In this document: piece after piece, positions 19,050-27,848 of the stretch
Numbering within the stretch: position 1 is the first letter of the stretch
Layout of the letters: every line of letters begins with the position of its first letter
NCBI GenBank assembly: GCA_001898625.1
Contig: MKUP01000027.1
Coordinates: 180,188 to 244,187 of the forward strand
Source of the DNA: Burkholderiales bacterium 67-32
Lineage (GTDB): Bacteria; Pseudomonadota; Gammaproteobacteria; Burkholderiales; Burkholderiaceae_B
DNA: 64,000 nt
Reading direction: 5' to 3'
Made by a program: the position numbers and the translations under genes
The notes under the pieces: model-generated
Told to the model about the DNA's origin: nothing
Seen by the model: only the letters and a program-made list of their open reading frames with translations
Databases searched by the model: none

Positions 19050-20327
19050 ATGACCGAAACGAAACCCGACTCGTCCTCATCCCTTCCCTCTGGCACGCCC
19101 GGGGCGGCGGTGACATATCCGGTTACACCGGAGGTCGAGCGGGACCTGGCCATTGTGCGCCGCGGCTGCGACGAACTGCTGGTCGAGGCCGAATTCGCGC
19201 GCAAGCTGGCCCGCAGCCGGGCCACGGGCGTGCCGCTGCGCATCAAGCTCGGCCTGGATCCCACGGCGCCCGACATCCACCTGGGCCACACGGTCGTCCT
19301 GAACAAGATGCGCCAGCTGCAGGAGCTGGGCCACACGGTCATCTTCCTGATCGGCGACTTCACCTCGATGATCGGCGATCCCAGTGGCCGCAACGCCACC
19401 CGCCCGCCGCTGACGCGCGAGCAGATCGAGGCCAATGCCAAGACCTATTACGCCCAGGCCAGCCTGGTGCTGGACCCGGCCCGCACCGAGGTTCGCTACA
19501 ACTCCGAATGGTGCGACCCGCTGGGCGCGCGCGGCATGATCCAGCTGGCCTCGCGCTACACCGTGGCCCGCATGCTGGAACGCGAGGACTTCACCAAGCG
19601 CTTCAAGGGCGGCGTGCCCATCTCGGTCCACGAGTTCCTGTACCCGCTGATGCAGGGCTACGACTCGGTGGCGCTGAAGTCGGACCTGGAACTGGGCGGC
19701 ACCGACCAGAAATTCAACCTGCTGGTGGGACGCGAGCTGCAGAAGGAGTATGGCCAGGAGCCCCAGTGCATCCTGACCATGCCGCTCCTGGAAGGGACGG
19801 ACGGCGTCGAGAAGATGTCCAAGTCCAAGAACAACTACATCGGCATCTCCGAGGCGCCCGAATCGATGTTCGGCAAGCTCATGTCGATTTCCGACACGCT
19901 GATGTGGCGCTACTACGAACTGCTGTCGTTCCGCTCGCTGGAGGACATCGCCGGCCTCAAGCGCGAGGCCGAGGGCGGCCGCAATCCGCGCGACATCAAG
20001 GTGATGCTGGCGCAGGAAATCGTTACACGTTTTCACTCGGCCGCCGCCGCCGAGCAGGCGCTGGCGGACTTCGAGGCCCGCTTCAAGCAGAAGGCCATCC
20101 CCGACCAGATGCCCGAGGTCTCGCTCGCGGGCGCGCCCCTGGGCATTCTGCAGCTGCTGCGCGAGGCGGGGCTGTGCGCCTCGGCGTCCGAGGCCCAGCG
20201 CAATATCGAACAGGGGGGCGTACGCATCGATGCGGTCAAGGTCGAGGACAAGGGCCTGAAGCTGGATGCCGGCACCTACGTCGTACAAGTTGGTAAACGA
20301 AAGTTCGCCCGCGTCACGGTACGATGA
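19050..20327 (+). CDS. tyrS: Tyrosine--tRNA ligase (type 2, with a C-terminal S4-like domain)
   Basis: 425 aa from ATG 19050 (the ORF track extends to 18870). HIGH motif as DIHLGH, KMSKS present, and the [20 protein letters not shown] block. Confidence 0.93.
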   Translation: MTETKPDSSSSLPSGTPGAAVTYPVTPEVERDLAIVRRGCDELLVEAEFARKLARSRATGVPLRIKLGLDPTAPDIHLGHTVVLNKMRQLQELGHTVIFLIGDFTSMIGDPSGRNATRPPLTREQIEANAKTYYAQASLVLDPARTEVRYNSEWCDPLGARGMIQLASRYTVARMLEREDFTKRFKGGVPISVHEFLYPLMQGYDSVALKSDLELGGTDQKFNLLVGRELQKEYGQEPQCILTMPLLEGTDGVEKMSKSKNNYIGISEAPESMFGKLMSISDTLMWRYYELLSFRSLEDIAGLKREAEGGRNPRDIKVMLAQEIVTRFHSAAAAEQALADFEARFKQKAIPDQMPEVSLAGAPLGILQLLREAGLCASASEAQRNIEQGGVRIDAVKVEDKGLKLDAGTYVVQVGKRKFARVTVR

Positions 20328-20367
20328 GGGTCCGGAGTCCAGGTAGACGATTTTTAGGAGTATCGCG

Positions 20368-21018
20368 ATGAAGCTCTGGAGCAATTCCTTCATGGATGGC
20401 GAACCCATCCCCGCGCGTTATGCCTTCGGCAAGATCGACCCCAAGACCCAGGTGACGCTGTCCGACAACGTCAATCCCCACCTGGCCTGGAACGACGTGC
20501 CCGCCGGCACGCAATCGTTCGCGATCATTTGCCATGACTACGATGTGCCCAGCAAGGGCGACGACGTCAACCAGGCCGGCAAGCAGGTGCCGGCCGACCT
20601 GCCGCGCGTGGACTTCTTCCACTGGGTGCTGGTGGACGTGCCGGCCGGCAAGACCGAGATCGAGGAAGGCGAGTTCTGCAACGGCGTGACGCCGCGCGGC
20701 AAGGCCGGCCCGATGGCCCCCGGCGACACCCGCCAGGGCGTCAACGACTACACCGGATGGTTCGCGGCCGACCACGACATGAGCGGCGACTACTACGGCT
20801 ACGACGGTCCGTGCCCGCCGTGGAACGATTCCATCATCCACCATTACGTGTTCACGGTGTATGCGCTGGACGTGCCCAGGGTGGACGTCGACGGCAAGTT
20901 CGGCGGCACCGACGTGCGCCGCGCGATCGACAAGCACGTGCTGGGGCAGGCGGCCATCACCGGCACCTACACGTTGAATCCGGCCCTGGCGCCGCGCCGG
21001 ATCGCGCCCAATGACTGA
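20368..21018 (+). CDS. YbhB/YbcL family PEBP (Raf-kinase-inhibitor-like) protein
   Basis: 216 aa with CHDYDVP, FFHWVL and HHYVFTVYALD family blocks. Confidence 0.82.
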   Translation: MKLWSNSFMDGEPIPARYAFGKIDPKTQVTLSDNVNPHLAWNDVPAGTQSFAIICHDYDVPSKGDDVNQAGKQVPADLPRVDFFHWVLVDVPAGKTEIEEGEFCNGVTPRGKAGPMAPGDTRQGVNDYTGWFAADHDMSGDYYGYDGPCPPWNDSIIHHYVFTVYALDVPRVDVDGKFGGTDVRRAIDKHVLGQAAITGTYTLNPALAPRRIAPND

Positions 21019-21664
21019 GCTCTGGCTGATCCGGCACGGCGAGACCGAATGGAACCGGTTGCGCCGGGTGCAGGGGACGCTCGACATCGGCCTGAACGCG
21101 CTCGGCCGCGCCCAGGCCGAGCAGGTCGCCGCCCGGTTCCGGCCCGGGCGCGACCGCGTGCATGCCATCTATAGCAGCGATCTCGCGCGGGCCCACGACA
21201 CCGCGCGCCCCACCGCCGCCCGGCTGGGGCTGGACGTGCGGCTCGATGCCGGCCTGCGCGAACGCAAGTACGGTGTCTTCGAGGGGCTCAGCTTCGACGA
21301 GCTGGCCGAGCGCCATCCCCAGGCCGCGGTGGCCGTGCGCGAACGGCACCCGGACTACGAACTGGACGGCGGCGAGTCGCTGCGCCAGTTCCACCAGCGG
21401 GTGGTGGCCGCGCTGGACCGCATCGCCGCCGCCAACAAAGGCGAGCGCGTGCTGGTGTTCACCCACAGCGGCGTGCTGGACACCGCCTATCGCCACGCCG
21501 AAGGGCTGTCGCTGCGGGCCGAGCGCCGGCACACGCTGCACAACGTCAGTATCAACCGCCTGCTGATCGCCGACGCGCAATGGCGGGTCGACGGCTGGGG
21601 CGACGTGGCCCATCTGGAAGGCGCCGGACAGGACGCCTGGGAAGAGCCGGCCGACGCGGCCTAG
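21011..21664 (+). CDS. Histidine phosphatase family protein (phosphoglycerate mutase-like, GpmB type)
   Basis: 217 aa with the LIRHGETEWN catalytic RHG motif. Overlaps the upstream gene by 8 nt. Confidence 0.88.
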   Translation: MTELWLIRHGETEWNRLRRVQGTLDIGLNALGRAQAEQVAARFRPGRDRVHAIYSSDLARAHDTARPTAARLGLDVRLDAGLRERKYGVFEGLSFDELAERHPQAAVAVRERHPDYELDGGESLRQFHQRVVAALDRIAAANKGERVLVFTHSGVLDTAYRHAEGLSLRAERRHTLHNVSINRLLIADAQWRVDGWGDVAHLEGAGQDAWEEPADAA

Positions 21665-21690
21665 CGGCCCTCCAGGCCAGCCCGCTCGCC

Positions 21691-22581
21691 GTGGATCTCA
21701 AGCAACTCGAATATTTCGTGAGCGTGGCCGAACTGGGCGGTTTCACGCGGGCTTCCATCGCGCTCGACATCGCGCAGCCCGCGCTGAGCCGGCAGGTGCG
21801 CCAGCTCGAGATCGAGCTGGGGCAGAGCCTGCTCAGGCGCACCGGACGCGGCGTGGTGCCTACCGAGGCAGGCAAGATGCTGCTCGAACACGGACGGGGC
21901 ATCCTGCACCAGGTCGCGCGCACGCGCGAGGAGCTTGGGCGGTTGCGCGGCGCCCTGGCCGGCCGGGTGGCGATCGGCCTGCCGCCCCGCTTCGCCAAGA
22001 TGCTGACCGTGCCGCTGACCCGTGCCGTGCGGGCGCAACTGCCCGAGGCGGCGCTGTCCATTTCCGAAAGTCTTTCGACAGGCCTGCAGGAATCGCTGCA
22101 AAGCGGCCGGCTGGACATCGCCCTGTTGTACAACCCGGCGCCGTCGCCCGACATCGACAGCGTCGTGCTGCTGGAAGAGGACTTCTACCTGGTCACCCGC
22201 CGCGGCGGGCGGGCGCGCAAGTCGGTCAGCGTGCGCGAACTGGCCGACGAGCCCCTGGTGATTCCGACCCGGCCCAACACCATACGCATGCTGGTCGAGG
22301 CTGAACTGGCCAACATCGGGCTGCATCCGCGCATCGCCATGGAGATAGACGGGGTGGCGGCCATGCTCGATCTGGTCGCCGAGGGCGTGGGGGCCGCGGT
22401 GCTGTCGGTCAATGCCGTGCGCACGTCCGGCCGCGAGGAAGTGTTCCGCGCGGTGCCCATCGTCAAGCCGCGCCTGCGCAGCAAGCTGGCGCTGGCGGTC
22501 AGCGCGCAGCGGCCCGCCACGCGCACGCAGCAGGCCATGCAGGACATCATCCGCGAACTGGTGCTGGGCCTGGGCATGTAG
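21691..22581 (+). CDS. LysR family transcriptional regulator
   Basis: 296 aa from GTG 21691. HTH FTRASIALDIAQPALSRQVRQLE followed by a periplasmic-binding-protein-like effector domain. Confidence 0.88.
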   Translation: MDLKQLEYFVSVAELGGFTRASIALDIAQPALSRQVRQLEIELGQSLLRRTGRGVVPTEAGKMLLEHGRGILHQVARTREELGRLRGALAGRVAIGLPPRFAKMLTVPLTRAVRAQLPEAALSISESLSTGLQESLQSGRLDIALLYNPAPSPDIDSVVLLEEDFYLVTRRGGRARKSVSVRELADEPLVIPTRPNTIRMLVEAELANIGLHPRIAMEIDGVAAMLDLVAEGVGAAVLSVNAVRTSGREEVFRAVPIVKPRLRSKLALAVSAQRPATRTQQAMQDIIRELVLGLGM

Positions 22582-23377
22582 CGGCGCGCGCCCGGCGCAG
22601 CCATTCCAGGCCGGCCGAGGTGCCGCCCGGCTGCCCGCCCAGCCGGGGGTGGTATTCGCAGCCGACCCAGCCGTCATAGCCCAGTTCGTCCATCAGTCCG
22701 AACAGATAGGGATAGTTGATTTCGCCGGTATCGGGCTCGTGGCGGTCCGGCACGCCCGCGATCTGCACATGGCCGACGTGCCCCGTGGGCAGGTAGCCGC
22801 GCAGCCGGGCGGCCAGGTCGCCTTCCACGATCTGGCAGTGATAGAGATCCATCTGGATCTTCAGGTGGGGCGAGCCCACTTCCCGGACGATCCCGTGGGC
22901 CTGCTCCTGGCGGGTCAGGAAGAAGCCGGGCACGTCGCGGGGGTTGATCGGCTCGATCAGCACCGTACGCCCGTCGCGCGCGGCCAGGTCCGCGGCCCAG
23001 GCAAGGTTCTCGACGTAGGTCGCGTGCAGGGTCGCGGGATCCGCCTCTGCGGGCATCCGGCCGGGCATGACGTGCAGGCTGCCGCAATCGAGCGCCGCGG
23101 CATAGTCGAGCGCGCGCAGGAAGCTGTCGCGAAATTCGCGCCGCCGGCCGGGCAGGCAGGCGATCCCGCGTTCCTCCGGGTGCGACCTGGGCGTGGCGTT
23201 AAAGAACACCAGATGCAGGCCGTGATCGCGCAGGCGGGCCGCCAGGTCCGCCTTGGGATGGTCATAGGGGAAGAAGAACTCGACCGCCGTGAACCCGTCC
23301 CGCATCGCGCAGCCGAACCGCTCCAGGAAGGGGCGGTCGGGGTAGAGCATGGAAAGGTTGGCGGCGAAGCGCGGCAT
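22547..23377 (-). CDS. Hydroxypyruvate isomerase family protein (Hyi/OtnI-like TIM barrel)
   Basis: 276 aa. The N-terminal FAANLSMLY and the IEPINP, DLYHCQI and GHVQIAG blocks are typical of Hyi-like sugar-phosphate isomerase/epimerase folds. The 3' end overlaps the convergent LysR gene by 35 nt. Confidence 0.85.
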   Translation of the reverse strand: MPRFAANLSMLYPDRPFLERFGCAMRDGFTAVEFFFPYDHPKADLAARLRDHGLHLVFFNATPRSHPEERGIACLPGRRREFRDSFLRALDYAAALDCGSLHVMPGRMPAEADPATLHATYVENLAWAADLAARDGRTVLIEPINPRDVPGFFLTRQEQAHGIVREVGSPHLKIQMDLYHCQIVEGDLAARLRGYLPTGHVGHVQIAGVPDRHEPDTGEINYPYLFGLMDELGYDGWVGCEYHPRLGGQPGGTSAGLEWLRRARAATCPGPAPVRG

Positions 23378-23399
23378 GTCCTGTTGCTCCGTGGGGCGT

Positions 23400-24335
23400 T
23401 CAGACCGGGGTCAAAACCTGTCCGGTGCGGAAGTAGGCGTCCAGGTTGTCGCACACCAGCCGCTCCATGTCGGCGCGCGATTCGCGCGTGAAGCCGGCGA
23501 TGTGCGACAGCGCGACGACCTGGTCCATCTCCAGCAGGGCCGGCGGCACGTCGGGCTCGTGTTCGAACACGTCCAGCCCCGCGCCGCCCAGGCGGCCCTC
23601 CTGCAAGGCCCGCACCAGTGCCGCTTCGTCGACCACGCTGCCGCGCGCGATGTTGACCAGGATACCCCGCGGGCCCAGCGCCTCCATGACTTCGGCATTC
23701 ACCAGGTGGCGGGTGGCGGGGCCGCCCGGGCAGGCGACGATCAGGAAGTCGGCCCATCGGGCCAGTTCCACCAGCGAGGGTTCGTGTTCGTGCGGGGTGC
23801 CCGCGACCGGCCGGCGTGTGTGATAGCGCACCGCCATGTCGAAGCCGGCCGCGCGGCGCGCGACGGCCTGGCCGATGCCGCCGAAGCCCAGGAGGCCCAT
23901 GTTCTTGCCGTGGACGCGCGTCATCAGCGGGCGCTGGCCGGTCTTCCAGCCGCCGGCCCGCACGAAGCGGTCGGTGGTGGACAGGCCGCGCGCCACGTCT
24001 ATCGCCAGGCCCATCGCCAGGTCGGCGACACAGCCGTCCAGGACGCGCGGCGTGTTGCTGATCTGCATGCCGAGGCGTTTGGCGGTCTCGACGTCGATCT
24101 TGTCGTAGCCCACGCCGAAGTTGGCGATGACGCGGGCATGGGGCACGGCGTTCAGGATGTCGGCACCGCAGGCATCGCGCACGTGCACGGCGATGCCTTC
24201 GAACGCCGGGCCGTGTTCGGCCAGGAAAGCGGCGCGATCGGGCTGCTTCCACAGCGGGGCGATGTCGTAGTCGCGCGCCAGCCGTTCATCGGCGGGCGCG
24301 GTGATGGGGCCTATCTGCAGGATGCGGTGTTTCAT
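23400..24335 (-). CDS. D-isomer-specific 2-hydroxyacid dehydrogenase (glyoxylate/hydroxypyruvate reductase-like), paralog 1
   Basis: 311 aa from MKHRIL with an AGGAG Shine-Dalgarno. NAD motif GLLGFGGIGQAV, then NIARG and the catalytic HIAGFT. Confidence 0.9.
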   Translation of the reverse strand: MKHRILQIGPITAPADERLARDYDIAPLWKQPDRAAFLAEHGPAFEGIAVHVRDACGADILNAVPHARVIANFGVGYDKIDVETAKRLGMQISNTPRVLDGCVADLAMGLAIDVARGLSTTDRFVRAGGWKTGQRPLMTRVHGKNMGLLGFGGIGQAVARRAAGFDMAVRYHTRRPVAGTPHEHEPSLVELARWADFLIVACPGGPATRHLVNAEVMEALGPRGILVNIARGSVVDEAALVRALQEGRLGGAGLDVFEHEPDVPPALLEMDQVVALSHIAGFTRESRADMERLVCDNLDAYFRTGQVLTPV

Positions 24336-24351
24336 CGTGGGACTCCTGGCG

Positions 24352-25191
24352 TCAATCGCGATAGCTCGTGTCGCGGCGGTCCAGCATCCGCAGCAGCGCC
24401 GGCCATTCGCGTTCGCCGTGGGGGGGGTGGGTGCCATCCGGATTGGGGGTGGGCGCTTGGCGTAGCTGCTGGTAGGCGCGCTCGGTCACGGCCGGCGCCG
24501 GCATGTGCAGGGGGCTGCCGGCCGACAGCGTCAGCAACTGCGTCTGGCACGCCCGTTCGAGCCGCTGCATGTTGACGAAGGCTTCGGCCACGGTCCGGCC
24601 CACGGCGAGCAGCCCGTGATTGCGCAGGATCATGACGTCGCGGTCGGCCAGGTTGGCGGCCAGCCGCTGGCGCTCGTCCACGTCCACCGCCACGCCTTCG
24701 AAGTCGTGGTAGCCCACGCCGCCGGCGAAACGCATCGCGGTCTGGTTCAGCGGCAACAGGCCGCATTGCAGGGCCGATACCGCCATGCCCGCGGGCGTGT
24801 GGGTATGCAGGACGCAGGCCACGTCCGGCCGCGCGCCATGGATGGCGCTGTGGATCACGTAGCCAGGCAGGTTGATCGTGTACTGCGCGTTGGGGTTGTG
24901 GATCACCTTGCCCGCCAGGTCGACCTTGATCAGGCACGACGCCGTGATTTCCTCGTACATCATGCCGAACGGGTTGATCAGGAAATGCTCGTCGTCGCCC
25001 GGGACCCGCGCCGAGATGTGGTTGAGGATCATGTCGCTCATGCCGAACAGGTCTATCAGCCGGTAGCAGGCGGCCAGGTCAGTCCTCGTTCGTCTTTCCG
25101 CGTCGGAGATGGCGGCGGTCGTTTCTTGCGACGCCGAAGGCGCCGTGCTGCGGTGGGTCATGACGGTTCCGTTTGCCTGGTCTGGTTTCAT
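24352..25191 (-). CDS. Class II aldolase/adducin family protein
   Basis: 279 aa. Zinc-ligand region VLHTHTPAG. Its ATG overlaps the stop of the upstream bug gene (ATGA, 25188-25191). An alternative start lies 10 codons downstream at 25161. Confidence 0.85.
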   Translation of the reverse strand: MKPDQANGTVMTHRSTAPSASQETTAAISDAERRTRTDLAACYRLIDLFGMSDMILNHISARVPGDDEHFLINPFGMMYEEITASCLIKVDLAGKVIHNPNAQYTINLPGYVIHSAIHGARPDVACVLHTHTPAGMAVSALQCGLLPLNQTAMRFAGGVGYHDFEGVAVDVDERQRLAANLADRDVMILRNHGLLAVGRTVAEAFVNMQRLERACQTQLLTLSAGSPLHMPAPAVTERAYQQLRQAPTPNPDGTHPPHGEREWPALLRMLDRRDTSYRD

Positions 25192-26189
25192 TGCTTCTCG
25201 ATGCCGGCTTCCTCGATGACGACCCGCCACTTGGCGGCGTCTTTCCGGAAGACCTCCTTGAGCGCTTCCGGCGTGCTGCCGCGCGGTTCTATGCCCAGCG
25301 CGATGAAGCGCTGGCGCACGTCCGGCGACTGCAGGGCCTTGCCGATTTCCTGGTTGAGCTTGCGCACGACGGCGGGCGGCGTGCCGGCGGGGGCGACGAT
25401 GCCGTTCCAGGAGTCCGATTCGTACCTGGACAGGGCCGGAATGCCGCTTTCCGCGATCGTGGGCACGTCGGGCAGAAACCCTATCCGCGTGGAGCCTGTG
25501 GTCGCGATGGCCCGCAGCGAGCCTCCGCGGATCTGGCCCAGGGCGCCGGTGACGGTTTCCATGCCCACCTGGACATTGCGGCCGCGCAGCGCGGCGATGA
25601 CGTCGCCGGTGGACTTGAACGGGACGATGGGGACGTCCAGCCCCGCCATGGTCGCGAACAGGCGCGCCGACAGATGCTGGGCGCTGCCGACGCTGATCGT
25701 GCCGATGTTGAAGTGCGCCGGATCGCGGCGGGCGGCGGCGACGACGTCGTCGACGGTCTTGAGCGGGCTGTCCTTGTCGGCCACCAGCAGGAAATGGAAG
25801 GTGCCGATGGTGGAGATCATCGAGAAGCTGTCCACCGGATCGTAGGGCAGCGACTTGAACAGATAGGGGCTGAACGCGTTCTGTCCGCTGACCAGCAGCA
25901 GGGTGTACCCGTCCGGCGCGGCGCGGGCGACCATCGATGCCGCCGTGATGCCGCCGGCGCCGGGCGCGTTCTCGACCACGACGCTCTGGCCCAGCGACTC
26001 GGCCATCTTCTGCGCCAGGGTGCGGACCACGGTGTCGCCCAGTCCGCCTGGGCCGAAGCCGACGACGATCCTGACCGGCTTCTGCGGAAAGGCCTGGGGC
26101 CACGCGGCTGGCGAGGCCAGGAGGGTGGCGAGCGCGAGCAGCAAGGGGGAAAGGAACCCGCGCCGGGGCGGGCGGTGGTGGCGGTCCAT
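25188..26189 (-). CDS. Bug-family TTT solute-binding protein (Tat-like signal RRGFLS)
   Basis: 333 aa with FPQKPVRIVVGFGPGG, ENAPGAGG and APDGYTLL family blocks. Confidence 0.9.
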   Translation of the reverse strand: MDRHHRPPRRGFLSPLLLALATLLASPAAWPQAFPQKPVRIVVGFGPGGLGDTVVRTLAQKMAESLGQSVVVENAPGAGGITAASMVARAAPDGYTLLLVSGQNAFSPYLFKSLPYDPVDSFSMISTIGTFHFLLVADKDSPLKTVDDVVAAARRDPAHFNIGTISVGSAQHLSARLFATMAGLDVPIVPFKSTGDVIAALRGRNVQVGMETVTGALGQIRGGSLRAIATTGSTRIGFLPDVPTIAESGIPALSRYESDSWNGIVAPAGTPPAVVRKLNQEIGKALQSPDVRQRFIALGIEPRGSTPEALKEVFRKDAAKWRVVIEEAGIEKQ

Positions 26190-26386
26190 GATGTCTCCTG
26201 GTGGTCCGGCAGTGTCGTCCTGCCTGGAAGAGCATTGTGGTCAGTCGCGGCTCCGGCCGATACTGCTCCAGGTGGACAACTGTTATGCCGTTTTGATATG
26301 GGTGGGGTCCGCCTAGGGGTTTCCGCCGTCCGTCCGGCCCGGGGCGATGGGCTATGCTTGGCCTCCGCCCCACGTACGTTCCAGAC

Positions 26387-27400
26387 ATGACGACCTCTAC
26401 TTCCCGTACCGTTTCCCGCTCCACCCGCCGCCGCCTGCTGGCCGCCGCCCCGGCGCTCGGCCTGGCCGCCGCTGCCGCGCCCAATGCCTGGGCCCAGGGC
26501 CGCAAGCGGGTGACTCGCATCATCGTGCCGTTCGCGCCGGGAGGCGGGAACGACGTGTTCGCGCGCCAGCTCGCGTTCAGCCTGAATGCGATGACCCAGA
26601 AGGACGTCATCGTCGAGAACAAGCCGGGCGCCGGCGGCAACCTCGGCACGGAACTGGTGGTGCGCGCGGCGGCCGACAGCAACACCTTCCTGCTCGGCCA
26701 TACGGGCACGATCGCCATCAACCCCGCGCTCTACAAGAACCTGGCGTTCAACGCCTCCACCGACCTGCAGCCGGTCGCGATGTTCGCGTCGTCGGCATTG
26801 CTGCTGGTCGTGCCGGCCGCTTCGCCCGTCAAGAGCGTCGCGCAACTGGTCGACACGCTCAAGGCCAAGAATGCCGACCTGACCTATGCGTCCAGCGGCG
26901 CCGGCACGGGCGGCCACCTGACGGCGGAAATGTTCCTGCATGCGCTGGGCGCGCGCGCCGTCCATGCGCCGTACAAGGGCACGGCGCCGGCGTTGGCCGA
27001 CGTGGCCGGCGGCCAGGTGGATTTCAGCTTCAGCGTGATCCCGGCCGCCATGGCGCTGGTCAAAGCGGGCAAGCTGCGGGCCTTGGCGGTCACGAGCGCG
27101 AAGCGGCTGGCACTGCTGCAGGACGTGCCGACCGTGGCCGAGTCCGGTGTCCCGGCGCTGGCTGGTTTCGAGAGCACGCTGACCTACGGCATCCTGGCCC
27201 CCAAGGGTGTGCCGCAGGCGGACGTGGCGCAACTGGGTGCGGAGATCCTGAAGGCGGCGTCGACGCCCGAGTTCCAGTCCAAGCTCGGCATCGAGGGCGC
27301 CGAGCCGCTGCTGGGCGGCGCGGCCGACTACGCCCGCAAGGTCCAGGAAGAAAGCCGCAAGTGGTCCGAGGTGGTGAAGTTCTCGGGGGCGTCGGTCTAG
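26387..27400 (+). CDS. Bug-family TTT solute-binding protein (Tat-like signal TRRRLLAAA)
   Basis: 337 aa from ATG 26387 (the ORF track begins at 26354). RIIVPFAPGGGND, ENKPGAGGN and HAPYKGTAP family blocks. Confidence 0.88.
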   Translation: MTTSTSRTVSRSTRRRLLAAAPALGLAAAAAPNAWAQGRKRVTRIIVPFAPGGGNDVFARQLAFSLNAMTQKDVIVENKPGAGGNLGTELVVRAAADSNTFLLGHTGTIAINPALYKNLAFNASTDLQPVAMFASSALLLVVPAASPVKSVAQLVDTLKAKNADLTYASSGAGTGGHLTAEMFLHALGARAVHAPYKGTAPALADVAGGQVDFSFSVIPAAMALVKAGKLRALAVTSAKRLALLQDVPTVAESGVPALAGFESTLTYGILAPKGVPQADVAQLGAEILKAASTPEFQSKLGIEGAEPLLGGAADYARKVQEESRKWSEVVKFSGASV

Positions 27401-27801
27401 GCCTGCGGGGGCGCGGTGATGTAGGTCCCGCGCCCGCTTGCGATCAGCTTGCCGTCCTGCAGTATCTGCGCCTCGCACACCGAGAATTGGCGTCCATGCT
27501 TGATGACCTGGCCTCTTGCGATCAGGTCCCCGGGCTTGGCCAGGCGATGGTAGTCGACGCGCAGGTCGATGGTGGGCACGCCGTGGCCGATGCGGCGGAC
27601 CAGCGCGAAGTCGGCGGCGAAGTCGATCAGCGAGGCCAGGATCCCGCCGTGGGTCTGCATCAGCCGGGTGCTGGCCACCCATTCCTCGCGCCAGGTGGCG
27701 CTGACCTCGATGCTGTCTTCTTCCAGCGCCAGCACCTTCAGGCCCAGCCACTGTAGGTAAGGGCCGCGCGAGACCAGCGCTTGCAATTCTTCCAGCGTCA
27801 T
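27397..27801 (-). CDS. PaaI-family hotdog-fold thioesterase
   Basis: 134 aa from MTLEEL, which sits 6 nt after a GGAGAA Shine-Dalgarno. An alternative start MENP lies at 27813. Contains the HGGILASLIDFA motif. Confidence 0.82.
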   Translation of the reverse strand: MTLEELQALVSRGPYLQWLGLKVLALEEDSIEVSATWREEWVASTRLMQTHGGILASLIDFAADFALVRRIGHGVPTIDLRVDYHRLAKPGDLIARGQVIKHGRQFSVCEAQILQDGKLIASGRGTYITAPPQA

Positions 27802-27848
27802 AGGGTTCTCCATGCCAGATGGCACGGCGGCCGGGCCGCCGTGCGGGG

